DNA from: Candidatus Nomurabacteria bacterium
GTDB taxonomy: Bacteria > Patescibacteriota > Minisyncoccia > Phycocordibacterales > UBA918
NCBI GenBank assembly: GCA_020632095.1
Contig: JACKGF010000001.1
Span: forward strand, 541,366 to 605,365
Direction of reading: 5' to 3'
DNA length: 64,000 nt
Shown: positions 29,886 through 41,584 of the stretch, piece by piece
How the letters are laid out: the number at the start of each line of letters is the position of its first letter
Numbering within the stretch: position 1 is the first letter of the stretch
Made by a program: the position numbers and the translations under genes
The notes under the pieces: model-generated
Seen by the model: only the letters and a program-made list of their open reading frames with translations
What the model was told of the DNA's origin: nothing
The model's database searches: none

Positions 29886-31190
29886 CTATGATAGCAATTC
29901 TTTAGTCAGTTCAGTCACATCCCCTGCTCCCATAATTAGCAGAACATCATTTTCGGTTAGGGTGTTTTTTAGGATTTTTGCGGCATCAACAATAGAATCA
30001 CAATACGTAGATTCAGAAATATATTCCAAAGATTTAACAGCCAACTCTCGACTGGTCACTCCGCTGACATTATTTTCCCGCGCAGCATAAACCGGTAGAA
30101 ATATTACTTGATCAGCCAATCCAACCGCTTTGGCAAATTCATCAAACAAGGCCTTGGTGCGGCTAAACATGTGAGGTTGAAAAGCAATCACTAGTCTTCG
30201 CTCAGGATACAGTTCACGAGCAGCGTCGATAGTAGCTCTAATTTCAGTCGGATGATGAGCATAGTCATCATAAACCAAAGCACCATTAACTTCACCCTTA
30301 AACTCAAAGCGGCGCCAGGTACCAGTGAAATTTATCAAAGACTCTTTAGCTTGTTCCATGTCTAGTTTCTCGTGCCTGGCTGTGGCTAAAGCTGCAGCCG
30401 CATTAATGCGGTTGTGCATCCCTGGTTGCTTAAGCTTAAGCTCCAAATCTAAGCTACTCATATAGTTGATAACCGGCACTTTTATTCCCTCTATAACTGG
30501 AGCAATCCGCGGGTCTTTAGCGTTGGTAATCACGACACCATTTTCATTTACCCGGTCAATCATTTCTCGGAAAGCACTTTGCACATCAGAGAGATCTTTG
30601 TAGTAGTCGACGTGATCAAATTCAATATTAGTAATAACCAAAACGTCAGGGGTGAGATGCAAAAAATCTCGCTTGTATTCACAAGCCTCCACAATCGCAA
30701 ACTTACTCTTACCGGCTCGGTAGTTACTCTTGGTCTTGGCTCGTAATGAACCAATAACTGCTGTCGGATCTTTACCTGCTTGTTCAAAAATTTCAGTTAG
30801 CATGGCTGTAGTAGTGGTCTTACCATGCGTGCCGGCCACGGCAATTAAATAGTACGGGTTCATCGCCATTCCCAATGCTTCAAAATAACTGACACACGGA
30901 ATCTTAAGTTTCTTAGCTTGCTCTAACTCTGCCCAACCATCACTCCCTTCGGTCACAGCGGCGGTATAAACTACCAGCTCGATATCCTTGGAAATATTGC
31001 TTGCCACTTGTTCACCAAACACTTGAATCCCTTCACTATCAAGCGTTTTAGTAATTGTAGACAAACTTCGATCAGAGCCACTGACTTGCTTTTTTTCCGT
31101 CAAAAAATGCCTCGCTAAAGCAGACATTCCAATGCCACCGATACCAATTAAATGGATACGTGAAATTTCATTTAGATTAATTTTTGCCAT
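29886..31190 (-). CDS. murC: UDP-N-acetylmuramate--L-alanine ligase
   Basis: N-terminal IHLIGIGGIGMSALARHF and the Mur-ligase motif AVAGTHGKTTTTAM. Confidence 0.8.
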   Translation of the reverse strand: MAKINLNEISRIHLIGIGGIGMSALARHFLTEKKQVSGSDRSLSTITKTLDSEGIQVFGEQVASNISKDIELVVYTAAVTEGSDGWAELEQAKKLKIPCVSYFEALGMAMNPYYLIAVAGTHGKTTTTAMLTEIFEQAGKDPTAVIGSLRAKTKSNYRAGKSKFAIVEACEYKRDFLHLTPDVLVITNIEFDHVDYYKDLSDVQSAFREMIDRVNENGVVITNAKDPRIAPVIEGIKVPVINYMSSLDLELKLKQPGMHNRINAAAALATARHEKLDMEQAKESLINFTGTWRRFEFKGEVNGALVYDDYAHHPTEIRATIDAARELYPERRLVIAFQPHMFSRTKALFDEFAKAVGLADQVIFLPVYAARENNVSGVTSRELAVKSLEYISESTYCDSIVDAAKILKNTLTENDVLLIMGAGDVTELTKELLS

Positions 31191-31274
31191 GTGTTGAAGT
31201 GTCTATAATAACACAATTGGCCTTATTTTAGTACCTCAGAATATTGAATGTAGAAACTTAAGTAAAATAGTAAG

Positions 31275-32621
31275 CTACTCTAAACTACGGATTATAGACA
31301 CAAACTCATCATTGCGCTCGTATTCGTTTTTAAACATTCCAAACGAAGCAAAGCCGGGGCTGAAGAGGAGGATGTCGCCAGGCTGGCCAGAGGCCAGCCC
31401 AGCTTTTACCGCTTCCTCCACACTTCCTACCACCTCTGTCTCAATTCTATCTTTGAGCATATCGGTACCAGTCCCCGCCAACAAAATCACTTGCTTACAG
31501 TACTTTGGAATTTCATCTACCAAAACCTGTGGATCGACTTCCTTGTATGCACCACCAGCAATCAAAATTACATTCTTCGTATCAATATTACCAACCGCCT
31601 GCAGTCCCATTACTGTCGCCTGCGGTGTAGTAGCATTGTTGTCATTATAAATTTTCACACCTTCAATTTCTCCCAAATATTCTAGGCGACCCTCTACCCC
31701 AGGAAAGCTCGCCAAACCAGCAAATATCTCTTCGTCTTCCAAACCAGTGGCGCGAAGCGCTTCACAAGCTAAAGCTGCGTTGAGTCGGTTATGTTGACCA
31801 GGCATTGCCAACAAAGTGTCTTCTGGAATAACAGAATCGTCCACCAGAACTACTTCTTGACCCAAGGTCAAACCAGCTAATTTCTTGGCTCGCTCAAACA
31901 CTGCTGGAATAGTAACCAATACTCCACTCTCTTCTTGGTAGCGAAAAATGTTTGCCTTGTCTCCAAAATACAAATCCATCGCCTCTTCCCTACTCCGTCC
32001 TCCCGCTTGATAATAATTTAGGTGGTCTTCCATAAAATTGGTAAATACAGCCACCTGAGGACTAATTTTGGCCCAACCAAAGCCTTGTAGCTGCCATGAA
32101 TCAAGCTCCATTACTGCTAAAGAATCTTCCTTCACTTCCTTTAACAACTGGAGATTTGATAAACCTCTAACATTTCCACCCAACAACACTTGACCATCAG
32201 TAGCTTGTGAAAGCACATGATGGATCATGTGGGTGGTCGTAGACTTACCTCTGGTGCCAGTCACCCCGATAATCGGCACGCCAGACAACTCAGCAAACAA
32301 AGCAGCTGATTGTTTTAAAACTACTCCAGCTTTTTTAGCCGCAGCTAAAGCCGGCAAATCCATCGGTGTACCTGCCCCCACTAAAACAAAGTCACAGGAG
32401 GTAAAGTCGTCCGTATCATAGGGACCAAACTTAAATTTAATATTATCGTATTCTTGTAGAGCATCAACCGAAGGTTGCATCACCTCCTGAGAGGCATCAT
32501 CCACTACCAAAACTTCAGCCCCCATTTCGGCCAAAAAAGCCGCGTCACCCACCCCCCGGCCTAATAAACCAATCCGCATCAATGTCACCTTTTTGTTTTT
32601 AAAATAGTCTTGAAAATTCAT
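31275..32621 (-). CDS. murD: Mur ligase, likely UDP-N-acetylmuramoylalanine--D-glutamate ligase
   Basis: GVTGTRGKSTTTHMIHHVL P-loop. Adjacent to murC. Confidence 0.65.
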   Translation of the reverse strand: MNFQDYFKNKKVTLMRIGLLGRGVGDAAFLAEMGAEVLVVDDASQEVMQPSVDALQEYDNIKFKFGPYDTDDFTSCDFVLVGAGTPMDLPALAAAKKAGVVLKQSAALFAELSGVPIIGVTGTRGKSTTTHMIHHVLSQATDGQVLLGGNVRGLSNLQLLKEVKEDSLAVMELDSWQLQGFGWAKISPQVAVFTNFMEDHLNYYQAGGRSREEAMDLYFGDKANIFRYQEESGVLVTIPAVFERAKKLAGLTLGQEVVLVDDSVIPEDTLLAMPGQHNRLNAALACEALRATGLEDEEIFAGLASFPGVEGRLEYLGEIEGVKIYNDNNATTPQATVMGLQAVGNIDTKNVILIAGGAYKEVDPQVLVDEIPKYCKQVILLAGTGTDMLKDRIETEVVGSVEEAVKAGLASGQPGDILLFSPGFASFGMFKNEYERNDEFVSIIRSLE

Positions 32622-32686
32622 CCCTACATGATAATGAAAATCTAGATAAACACAATGAGTATGACGGTATCACACCAAGTCGTGTT

Positions 32687-32911
32687 ATGCTTAAATATAT
32701 GAAAGCATTAGCATTAAAAAACGAAAAGGCTTTAGAAAATTATCGGGTATTCCCTTTTATTGCCTGGGGATTAGTAATAATTTTTGCATTATTTGTTTAC
32801 AATATAGCACGCGAACTTAAAGAAGTAACAACCAGCCTACAAACTCAAGCGGACTACATCCAACATAAAATTGACGCCAAACCAGGTGAATTGGTTGATT
32901 TTGATAACTAA
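32687..32911 (+). CDS. Small membrane protein
   Basis: 74 aa with one TM. Confidence 0.3.
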   Translation: MLKYMKALALKNEKALENYRVFPFIAWGLVIIFALFVYNIARELKEVTTSLQTQADYIQHKIDAKPGELVDFDN

Positions 32912-32940
32912 CCATCTTTTATAAAAACACTTTTATAAAT

Positions 32941-33474
32941 TTCTAGCCAACCCTAACTCCTGTTCGCAAGCTCACAACGGAGTTTTCCTCCCTTCGGTCG
33001 GAAACGGGAAATTCCTGCCACCTGGCAGGAATTTCAGCTCGCGCGGACTTAAATTCTTTGTTGCTAGAAAATAAGGAGCCTGCGACTGTATTTTCTGTAT
33101 GCTGTGCACAAGCGCTCTAGGATTTGAACTCTACGAGTTCAGTACAGGTTGTCGCTCTTTTACCCAAAAAGAGCTGGCAACCTCCTAAAATTGTCCCCCG
33201 GACAATTTTAGCCTAGGACCCTTTGCATGAGATAACGAGCGTAGCGACTATATCGAATGTATGTCAGAATTTGTCCTGCCTTGGGCAAATTCTGACCTGA
33301 GTATCAGGAGTGCGCCCTAATTTCAAAAGAACGAAGCGACTATTGAAATGGAAGTGCCCTTTAGGGGCCTCTAGCCAACCCTCGAGTCTCGTAAACATCG
33401 GCTCGTTTCTCCCTTTGGTCGAAAACGGGAGAAATTTAAAGCAATTTAAATTTCTCAGCTCGCGCGGACACAAA
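32941..33474 (-). pseudogene. Mosaic of tRNA-like fragments interrupted by 60-90 nt insertions (decayed or rearranged tRNA-Ile-like copies)
   Basis: On the minus strand: 5'-acceptor-like GTCCGCGCGAGCTGAG (plus 33455-33469 and 33034-33048), D-arm-like GGTTGGCTAGAG (33368-33380 and 32941-32955), anticodon-loop-like CTCCTGATACTCAGG (33296-33310), T-arm 5' GGGTCCTAGG (33212-33221), and T-loop/3' TTCAAATCCTAGAGCGC (33113-33129). The 3' acceptor is incomplete. Confidence 0.4.
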
Positions 33475-33485
33475 ATCCCGTCCTG

Positions 33486-33563
33486 TGTCCGCGCTCTAGG
33501 ATTTGAACCTAGGACCCTTCGAGTATCAGTCGAATGCTCTAGCCAACTGAGCTAAGCGCGGAC
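33486..33563 (-). tRNA. tRNA-Ile (anticodon GAU) by manual folding
   Basis: Cloverleaf: acceptor CCGCGCU/AGCGCGG (C1:G72), D arm GCUC-AGUUGGCUA-GAGC, anticodon arm UUCGA-CUGAUAC-UCGAA, T arm CUAGG-UUCAAAU-CCUAG. No encoded CCA. Ends +/-3 nt. Confidence 0.6.
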
Positions 33564-33721
33564 ACAGGACGGGACGATGATTTCCGTCTCTGTAAGTGGT
33601 CAGAACTATAGCAAATATTTTGCAAATATGGAAGCTTTTATGAACAAAACAATGGATACTATCGATATGATAGACACATCAATTAACTAGGAATTTAAAT
33701 CTATAATGTATAATTTAAAGT

Positions 33722-34102
33722 ATGAAAAAAATTCTTTCCATTGCTTCAGGATTATTATTACTACCACTAGCCGCTTCTGCTGCACAAAGTGCCCAGACTT
33801 TTATAGGTAACTTTATAATATTTATTAATGGTACCTTAATACCTTTCCTATTTGGGATTGCTTTTTTATTCTTTATAGTTAATGCCTTTCGTTTCTTTAT
33901 CTTGGGATCAAACAATCAGGAAGGTCAAGAAAAAGCCAAAGCACTTACACTGTATAGCGTTGCTGCTTTTGTTTTTATAATAGTTTTCTGGGGAATAATA
34001 AACTTAGTTTCAATCACTTTTGACCTAGGAGGTTGTAGTATGCCACACTCTGACTACTATCTAAAAAGTTTTGTCGGGCCACTACAACCAAACTGTCCGT
34101 AA
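33722..34102 (+). CDS. Small secreted/membrane protein, possibly TrbC/VirB2-like pilin
   Basis: 126 aa. Signal peptide (LLLLPLAASAAQSAQ) followed by two long hydrophobic helices. It lies antisense between the 16S 3' end and tRNA-Ile. Confidence 0.45.
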   Translation: MKKILSIASGLLLLPLAASAAQSAQTFIGNFIIFINGTLIPFLFGIAFLFFIVNAFRFFILGSNNQEGQEKAKALTLYSVAAFVFIIVFWGIINLVSITFDLGGCSMPHSDYYLKSFVGPLQPNCP

Positions 34103-34354
34103 ATAGTAATTATTAGAAATACAGAAAAATCAGACGATAAAATCGTCTGACTTTTCTAAATATTTATATATCCTGAAAGCAAGGTCATAACTACAGCAAA
34201 CAAAGATGTCACTCTTTTGTCTTATCCTTTGGTCCGGTCTTTCCCTGGAGTCCAATACCATTTCGAGAGAATTGAGTATTATTTCTCGTTAGATGCTCAA
34301 TTGAGGCATCTAACATCGACCAATTAGTCATCATTGTAATTTGTTACCAAACTA

Positions 34355-36611
<2,257 letters not shown>

Positions 36612-37248
36612 ATTTAAGACAGGGCACTGAAGATAAATCTTCGTGCTTCTGCGTTAGAGAACATAATGCGCGCATGTACTTCATGTGCCGCGCGTTCAAC
36701 TAACTATTTTACCTAAAGGATAAGACAAAAGAATGTTCAATGAAACAAGACTTGAAAAGTCTATGTTGAATTGACGTCTCGATTTCGCCCTTCATAGGCG
36801 AAATTGCTAGACGATCTTACAATAAAATCTTTTGTCTAATTGTTTACATATTCTTGTGGAAAGAATATGTATTATTGCTGTGATGCATACCATCCTATTA
36901 CGTAATAAATTACGTAATAGAAATAATACGCTTCGCTTACCCATATTATGGGAATATGGGTAAGAGTTATGAAATCGCAAGGAACGTATCCCCTACGACC
37001 CTTGCCAACAGGTTTCCGAACACAACGTATTGTGTGAAGAAATCTGTTCGCAAGAACTGTCAATTTACAGTGTTCCCGTCGAAAGTCTTAAACGAAAATC
37101 ATTTCGTCTTTTAAGCACCTTCCGGTGCGAGCAGACCCCCGTAGAACAGTGACCAGCATTATACAGATAGTGAAATAATTTGCAAGCTCTTGGTGTGGTT
37201 ATGTAACTTGAGACAAAAATCAATCATTAAGATAGGTGCAACAATTAA

Positions 37249-37287
37249 ACCTTTACCCGCAAATTAAGCCCTAATTTGCGGGTAAAG
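37249..37287 (-). terminator. Hairpin CCTTTACCCGCAAATT...AATTTGCGGGTAAAGG followed by a U-rich tract on the minus strand
   Basis: 16-bp stem seen directly. It lies at the boundary between the GC-rich island and the AT-rich 16S upstream region. Confidence 0.35.
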
Positions 37288-37728
37288 GTAGTAAAAATGG
37301 ATTGTTTTTAGACCCTATGGAATAGAAAATATAACTTTTTATAAAATGTTTTTTCACCTAAAAACATAAAAGCCCAAGCAAATGCTAGGGCTAACAGTAG
37401 GTCTTACACAATAATATGTAAGACGAAAAACAATATAATAAGAACAACAAATGAAACTAAACAGAAATCTTATACAGCAGGACTGCAACACAGGAGTATC
37501 AACATGGTAAGCGGCACAGGGTACTCGGAACAAAGTCCAAGACGGAGGCGGCAAACGGAGTGACAAACGAGGTCGGAGCGGTGCTGTACGACTGACAAGA
37601 AAAGGGCATTCCAGAAATAGGTCATCGAAATTAATTCGAGACGAACGGAGGAAGCGGATTTACAAGTCAAATCAAAGAATTCTTTGTTTGAGTGTACGAC
37701 GGACCAGCAAGCTGGTCCGTCGTAACCC

Positions 37729-39144
37729 TCACACTACTTTCAACTGCACAGGCGGTTCGCAGCACCCTCTCTTGGCCGCATCATGAATTGCTTTGAAAGC
37801 ATTCATGAATACAACTTCAATGGGAGCACTTTGGCCTTTTCTGCGCTGAGCTCCTTCGACTACAACTTTATCAGGACCAACCCGGTACAACATGAGATTC
37901 CATTTAACACGCGGGTTATTCCGTAAAACAACTGGCAGAGAGATGGGTTTACCTCCATCCTTCTTTTCCACCATCTCAGCAAGTCGTTCCGGAGCAATGT
38001 ACTTCTTGTCAAACCAAATCGGACTGTCGCCCGATTGGATTTCGTTAATGTCATTCTCTTGACGAGTCTGACATTTTTGCACTTCTTCAACCTTACCTTC
38101 CACCGCTTTTAGGCGTTTTCCGATTGGGTTGTTAAACAACTTGTTCACTCCCAAAATCAGGAGGAACAATGCCGCCGTCAGAATCGAGAAAGATAGCGCG
38201 AGGTTTCGAGCTATCCAACCCTGTTCAGCAACCTTTTTTTCGATACGTCTGTCGACGATGGTGGTGACTACTTCTTCGGTCATACCAGCCGCTTTCGGCG
38301 AGTTTTTGATGACATCGAGAAGTCGCGCCTCCATAGCGTTATCCTTTCTCGTAGCATCATCCGACGCGACTTCCATGATACGTGCTTCCATTGCAGACAG
38401 CTCAACCAGCCTGTCGTCTATATTTTTCAAACGATTAACCAGCAGAATCTGCAAATCTTTCAATTGCTCGGTAGTGAACTGACTGTCCGTTGTCAACGTT
38501 GCAACGGCGTTGGTGAGTGCAGTTGACGTTTTTTCAGACGCAGCCAATCTGGCCAAGTCTGTCCTAAACGCCTGAATTTCAGAAGGTAACAAGTTACCCT
38601 CTTTCTGCGCTCGATCGATACTGACAACCTGCCGGCTAAGACTTTCCACCTTAGCTTGCAAATTAGACAGCTCCGAAGCTTTTTTCCTAACCGCCTGAAC
38701 CTCTGTTGTTGCGTTTGCTTCTGATGCTTGTAGATTGGCTATCTTAGCGAGTTCAGCTTGAACCTCTCCTTTTGTAGGGACGTAGAAGCCACGTTTTGCA
38801 CTTCCTACCTCGCGAAACTTATCGATCGGAATTTCCGATACGAATATTTCATTTTTCTCCCAGAGAAATTTGGAACAAGCACTTAGCGCTTCTTTAGAAG
38901 CACCGTCAACCAGCTTCCCTTCCAGACACACAAACTTCCCAAAAGGAACCAGGTTGAATGTCTCACCGTCTTTAGACAAATACGGTGTATTCCTTATGTC
39001 TGAAAGGAAATCGACCCACGCGTTCCGATTCCCTTCCGCTGTTTGTTTTTCCAGCAGTCTCTTGCCATCTTGCGCCGACGCCGTTACCGGGACGACCAAA
39101 AGACATGCAAGAGTCAACATAATAAATCTCATAAACTTTTCCAT
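37729..39144 (-). CDS. Secreted coiled-coil protein with a central TM segment (GC-rich island gene 1)
   Basis: 471 aa. Signal peptide MRFIMLTLACLLVVPVTASAQ. Long Ala/Glu/Leu-rich coiled-coil region. Confidence 0.5.
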   Translation of the reverse strand: MEKFMRFIMLTLACLLVVPVTASAQDGKRLLEKQTAEGNRNAWVDFLSDIRNTPYLSKDGETFNLVPFGKFVCLEGKLVDGASKEALSACSKFLWEKNEIFVSEIPIDKFREVGSAKRGFYVPTKGEVQAELAKIANLQASEANATTEVQAVRKKASELSNLQAKVESLSRQVVSIDRAQKEGNLLPSEIQAFRTDLARLAASEKTSTALTNAVATLTTDSQFTTEQLKDLQILLVNRLKNIDDRLVELSAMEARIMEVASDDATRKDNAMEARLLDVIKNSPKAAGMTEEVVTTIVDRRIEKKVAEQGWIARNLALSFSILTAALFLLILGVNKLFNNPIGKRLKAVEGKVEEVQKCQTRQENDINEIQSGDSPIWFDKKYIAPERLAEMVEKKDGGKPISLPVVLRNNPRVKWNLMLYRVGPDKVVVEGAQRRKGQSAPIEVVFMNAFKAIHDAAKRGCCEPPVQLKVV

Positions 39145-39248
39145 GTCTTCTCCTAGTCAAAAAGTATCTGATTTAAATTTGGTTTACTTGAATTAGAGTC
39201 GGTGAGCAATCGACAAATAGTCGACCGTTCACCTTCTCCGTGTTTCTT

Positions 39249-39977
39249 CTAGTACAGATTCACCTTCGGCAACGAATTGCCCGAGGTGGCGCTGGAGGCG
39301 GTATTGGCTTTTGCGTTGGCGTCAGCAGCAGCAAAAGAGGCTGCTTCACCACCGATTCCAACCCCGAACCCACCTTGAACATTGTTGATAACAGCTGGTA
39401 CTGCGTCAGCACAGCCAGAACAAGGCAAAAGCTTTCCGATAATGGCAGACAGACCGCCATTGGCGAATCCGCCTCCAACTGCCTTCAGCATTGCCGCCGA
39501 AAAATCTTCGGTAGCTTGGACATTGGACAACAACGGAACCGGCCTGATTACACCATCTGCATACTTCATGTAGACAAGATCTCCGTTCTTACGTTCATTA
39601 CCATCGCCGTCTTTATCACCGGCTTTGTATGCCAGACCCAAGAACATTCCTTGGTGAACAGCACCCGACAAGCCTTCTGGATTGTGACCTGGATACACAG
39701 CAACTGCATTGTACTTACCAGGCAACTCAACTAGCTGTTTGGTGTAGCTTGTTGCGCCATCACCATAAAACACAGGTCTCCCGTCTTGGAATTCCGCTTC
39801 CTTTTTGGGAGCAAGAATGGTTTTTGTACCCCCAACACCAGACACATAATCTCGCTGAACTTCTTCTGTCGCTGACAAATATTCTTCATCAGACATCTGA
39901 GGTCCAACAGCACGCGAAGTTGCACACCCTCCAAGGAGGAGGAGTGGCAATAGCGCAACTACAAGAAATCTATTCAT
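39249..39977 (-). CDS. Lipoprotein (GC-rich island gene 2)
   Basis: Lipobox LLLLGGCATS after the signal peptide. 242 aa, Gly-rich C-terminus. Confidence 0.5.
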   Translation of the reverse strand: MNRFLVVALLPLLLLGGCATSRAVGPQMSDEEYLSATEEVQRDYVSGVGGTKTILAPKKEAEFQDGRPVFYGDGATSYTKQLVELPGKYNAVAVYPGHNPEGLSGAVHQGMFLGLAYKAGDKDGDGNERKNGDLVYMKYADGVIRPVPLLSNVQATEDFSAAMLKAVGGGFANGGLSAIIGKLLPCSGCADAVPAVINNVQGGFGVGIGGEAASFAAADANAKANTASSATSGNSLPKVNLY

Positions 39978-40000
39978 GATTATCTCCTTTGTTTGAGTGT

Positions 40001-40702
40001 CTAATCACACTCGATTGTGTAACCATTTGATGGATATCGTTCTGACTCATTGATATACGTTGGTATGTAGGTTGAACCTTCACAACAACAATTGTCTTGA
40101 GCAAAACCTTGATATATCTGACTACTCGGCAAAAGGCCGTTATTCCTTACTGGCACTTGCCGACAGTTGCCTTTTGGTTTTGGCGGTGTGACCGCAACTG
40201 GCTTTGATTGTGGAACGAAGACGAAGGCGACATTGTTGCAGCTCTGGTTGCGGATACCCGAAAACCAGTAAGCATAAACTCCGTCGTTCAAGTCGCATAA
40301 TTCTGATAGGTCATCTCGCCCAAGATTCTTGAGCATGTTAAACCATACGCGCGACTGGCCTTTTTGACGGCCAGTCAGGATATCGAAAACGATTCCGTCA
40401 GGAACCATGACATCCTTCTTACATTCGCCCAGTGTGAGTTTTACTTTGAGTACATCACACTTTTCCAAGGTCAATGGGTCACTGTCACTTAACGCCGCGT
40501 CACGTTCACATTGTTCAAACGCCGAAGCGATTGTCCCGTCGAACGAACTTGGCACCATATGTTTCCATTCGCCTTTAGCCGGCAGAACCGACGTAGGCAA
40601 AGTTGTTTGGGCGCTGGCGGACTGAGCCGTCAGCATTCCAAAAGCGACAAGCACCGAAAGGAGCCACCGCTTAAGGAACATCACCCATGGCTTGTTTTCC
40701 AT
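40001..40702 (-). CDS. Secreted Cys-rich protein (GC-rich island gene 3)
   Basis: 233 aa with a signal peptide. Strong SD (aaaggagaaaacgcATG). Several Cys pairs. Confidence 0.5.
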   Translation of the reverse strand: MENKPWVMFLKRWLLSVLVAFGMLTAQSASAQTTLPTSVLPAKGEWKHMVPSSFDGTIASAFEQCERDAALSDSDPLTLEKCDVLKVKLTLGECKKDVMVPDGIVFDILTGRQKGQSRVWFNMLKNLGRDDLSELCDLNDGVYAYWFSGIRNQSCNNVAFVFVPQSKPVAVTPPKPKGNCRQVPVRNNGLLPSSQIYQGFAQDNCCCEGSTYIPTYINESERYPSNGYTIECD

Positions 40703-40865
40703 GCGTTTTCTCCTTTCTTTCTATATTTAGTTTCAATTGTCAACGAACATCACTACACCACACATTATTGCGTGATGTCAATTCGTTTCCTGAAACCTTT
40801 GTAGCATACTTTTAAGAAAAAAGCAAGCCCTGATTGTGATTTATCCTTAAATTTATATGAAAAAA

Positions 40866-40918
40866 AGCCAATCCGAAGATTGGCTCTGGGTGGTCCGCGC
40901 CTGAGATGGCGCGGACCA
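40866..40918 (-). terminator. Tandem hairpins (GCCAATC..GATTGGC+T7 and GGTCCGCGC..GCGCGGACC) downstream of gene 40926-41369
   Basis: Seen directly. The first hairpin is followed by a T7 run on the minus strand. Confidence 0.45.
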
Positions 40919-40925
40919 GACTTAC

Positions 40926-41369
40926 TTAATGATGCTGGTATCCGCTTTTGAAGTCGGAGTATGCCTTGCTTGCTCCTGCGGCTTCAGCGTTACCGCTGGC
41001 GTTGCTGTTGGCCGTACCACCGGACGTCTCGATGAACGTGGCCGACCGTTGGAAGGCCGATCCGACTCCGCCGGCTTGGGCGATGTTCGCGCAAGTTTCA
41101 CCCGTACAGGTCGTGCCGTTGAACGAAAAGTTACCGTTGAACGCTCCACCCGATTCGGACATCGAACCGCGAGTGACGACGGGGCCGGAACCGTTGTTCC
41201 AGCTGCCACCATCGGCGAAATAACTTCCCGAGGTTTGACCCCATCCACCGGCCGTTTGGCTGGGGTAGAGGTAGTCTTGGTTGCCACCGGCCTGGGCCGA
41301 TGCGGCGAAAGTGATGGTGGCGACGGCGGCGGCAACGAGTCCAACAAACAACGTTTTCGTGGTTTTCAT
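40926..41369 (-). CDS. Secreted Gly/Ser/Ala-rich protein (GC-rich island gene 4)
   Basis: Start chosen at MKTTKT with SD aaggaaaaaaaccATG. Signal peptide ends AASAQA. Many overlapping ORFs here are GC artefacts. Confidence 0.4.
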   Translation of the reverse strand: MKTTKTLFVGLVAAAVATITFAASAQAGGNQDYLYPSQTAGGWGQTSGSYFADGGSWNNGSGPVVTRGSMSESGGAFNGNFSFNGTTCTGETCANIAQAGGVGSAFQRSATFIETSGGTANSNASGNAEAAGASKAYSDFKSGYQHH

Positions 41370-41584
41370 GGTTTTTTTCCTTAAAAGAAGAACAGATTTC
41401 CAACACAAAATGTGCTGGCAGGTTGACCTCACAAACGTGAGTCAAATGATGGTTTGTCCCGAAGGATTTGGCCAACCTGCCCACGTAAGTGAAGTTGCAA
41501 CTAAGCTAGCATATATAAAAAATTTGTCAAGCGTTTATTGGGCATTATTCATGGGGTTGCGGTAACCCTCTAAAAAAGGCTTTA

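Noticed and set aside
32941-33474. Archaeal-style multi-intron (BHB) tRNA
   Set aside because: The insertions sit at the D-loop, anticodon region and T-loop, as in Thermoproteales. However the organism is bacterial by its rRNA, and the 3' acceptor strand of the second copy is incomplete. Decayed duplicates with insertions is the more parsimonious reading, so it is kept as a finding to test, not asserted.
36612-37100. rRNA promoter (-35/-10) upstream of 16S
   Set aside because: Several TTGACA-like and TAAAAT-like hexamers occur, but none has convincing 16-18 nt spacing, so no promoter coordinates are given. A GC hairpin (GCGCGCATGTACTTCATGTGCCGCGC, ~36661-36690) is likely a processing stem.
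40929-41565. Five mutually overlapping ORFs on both strands (91-168 aa)
   Set aside because: These are high-GC artefacts. Only the frame with a signal peptide and a strong SD (40926-41369, minus) is retained.
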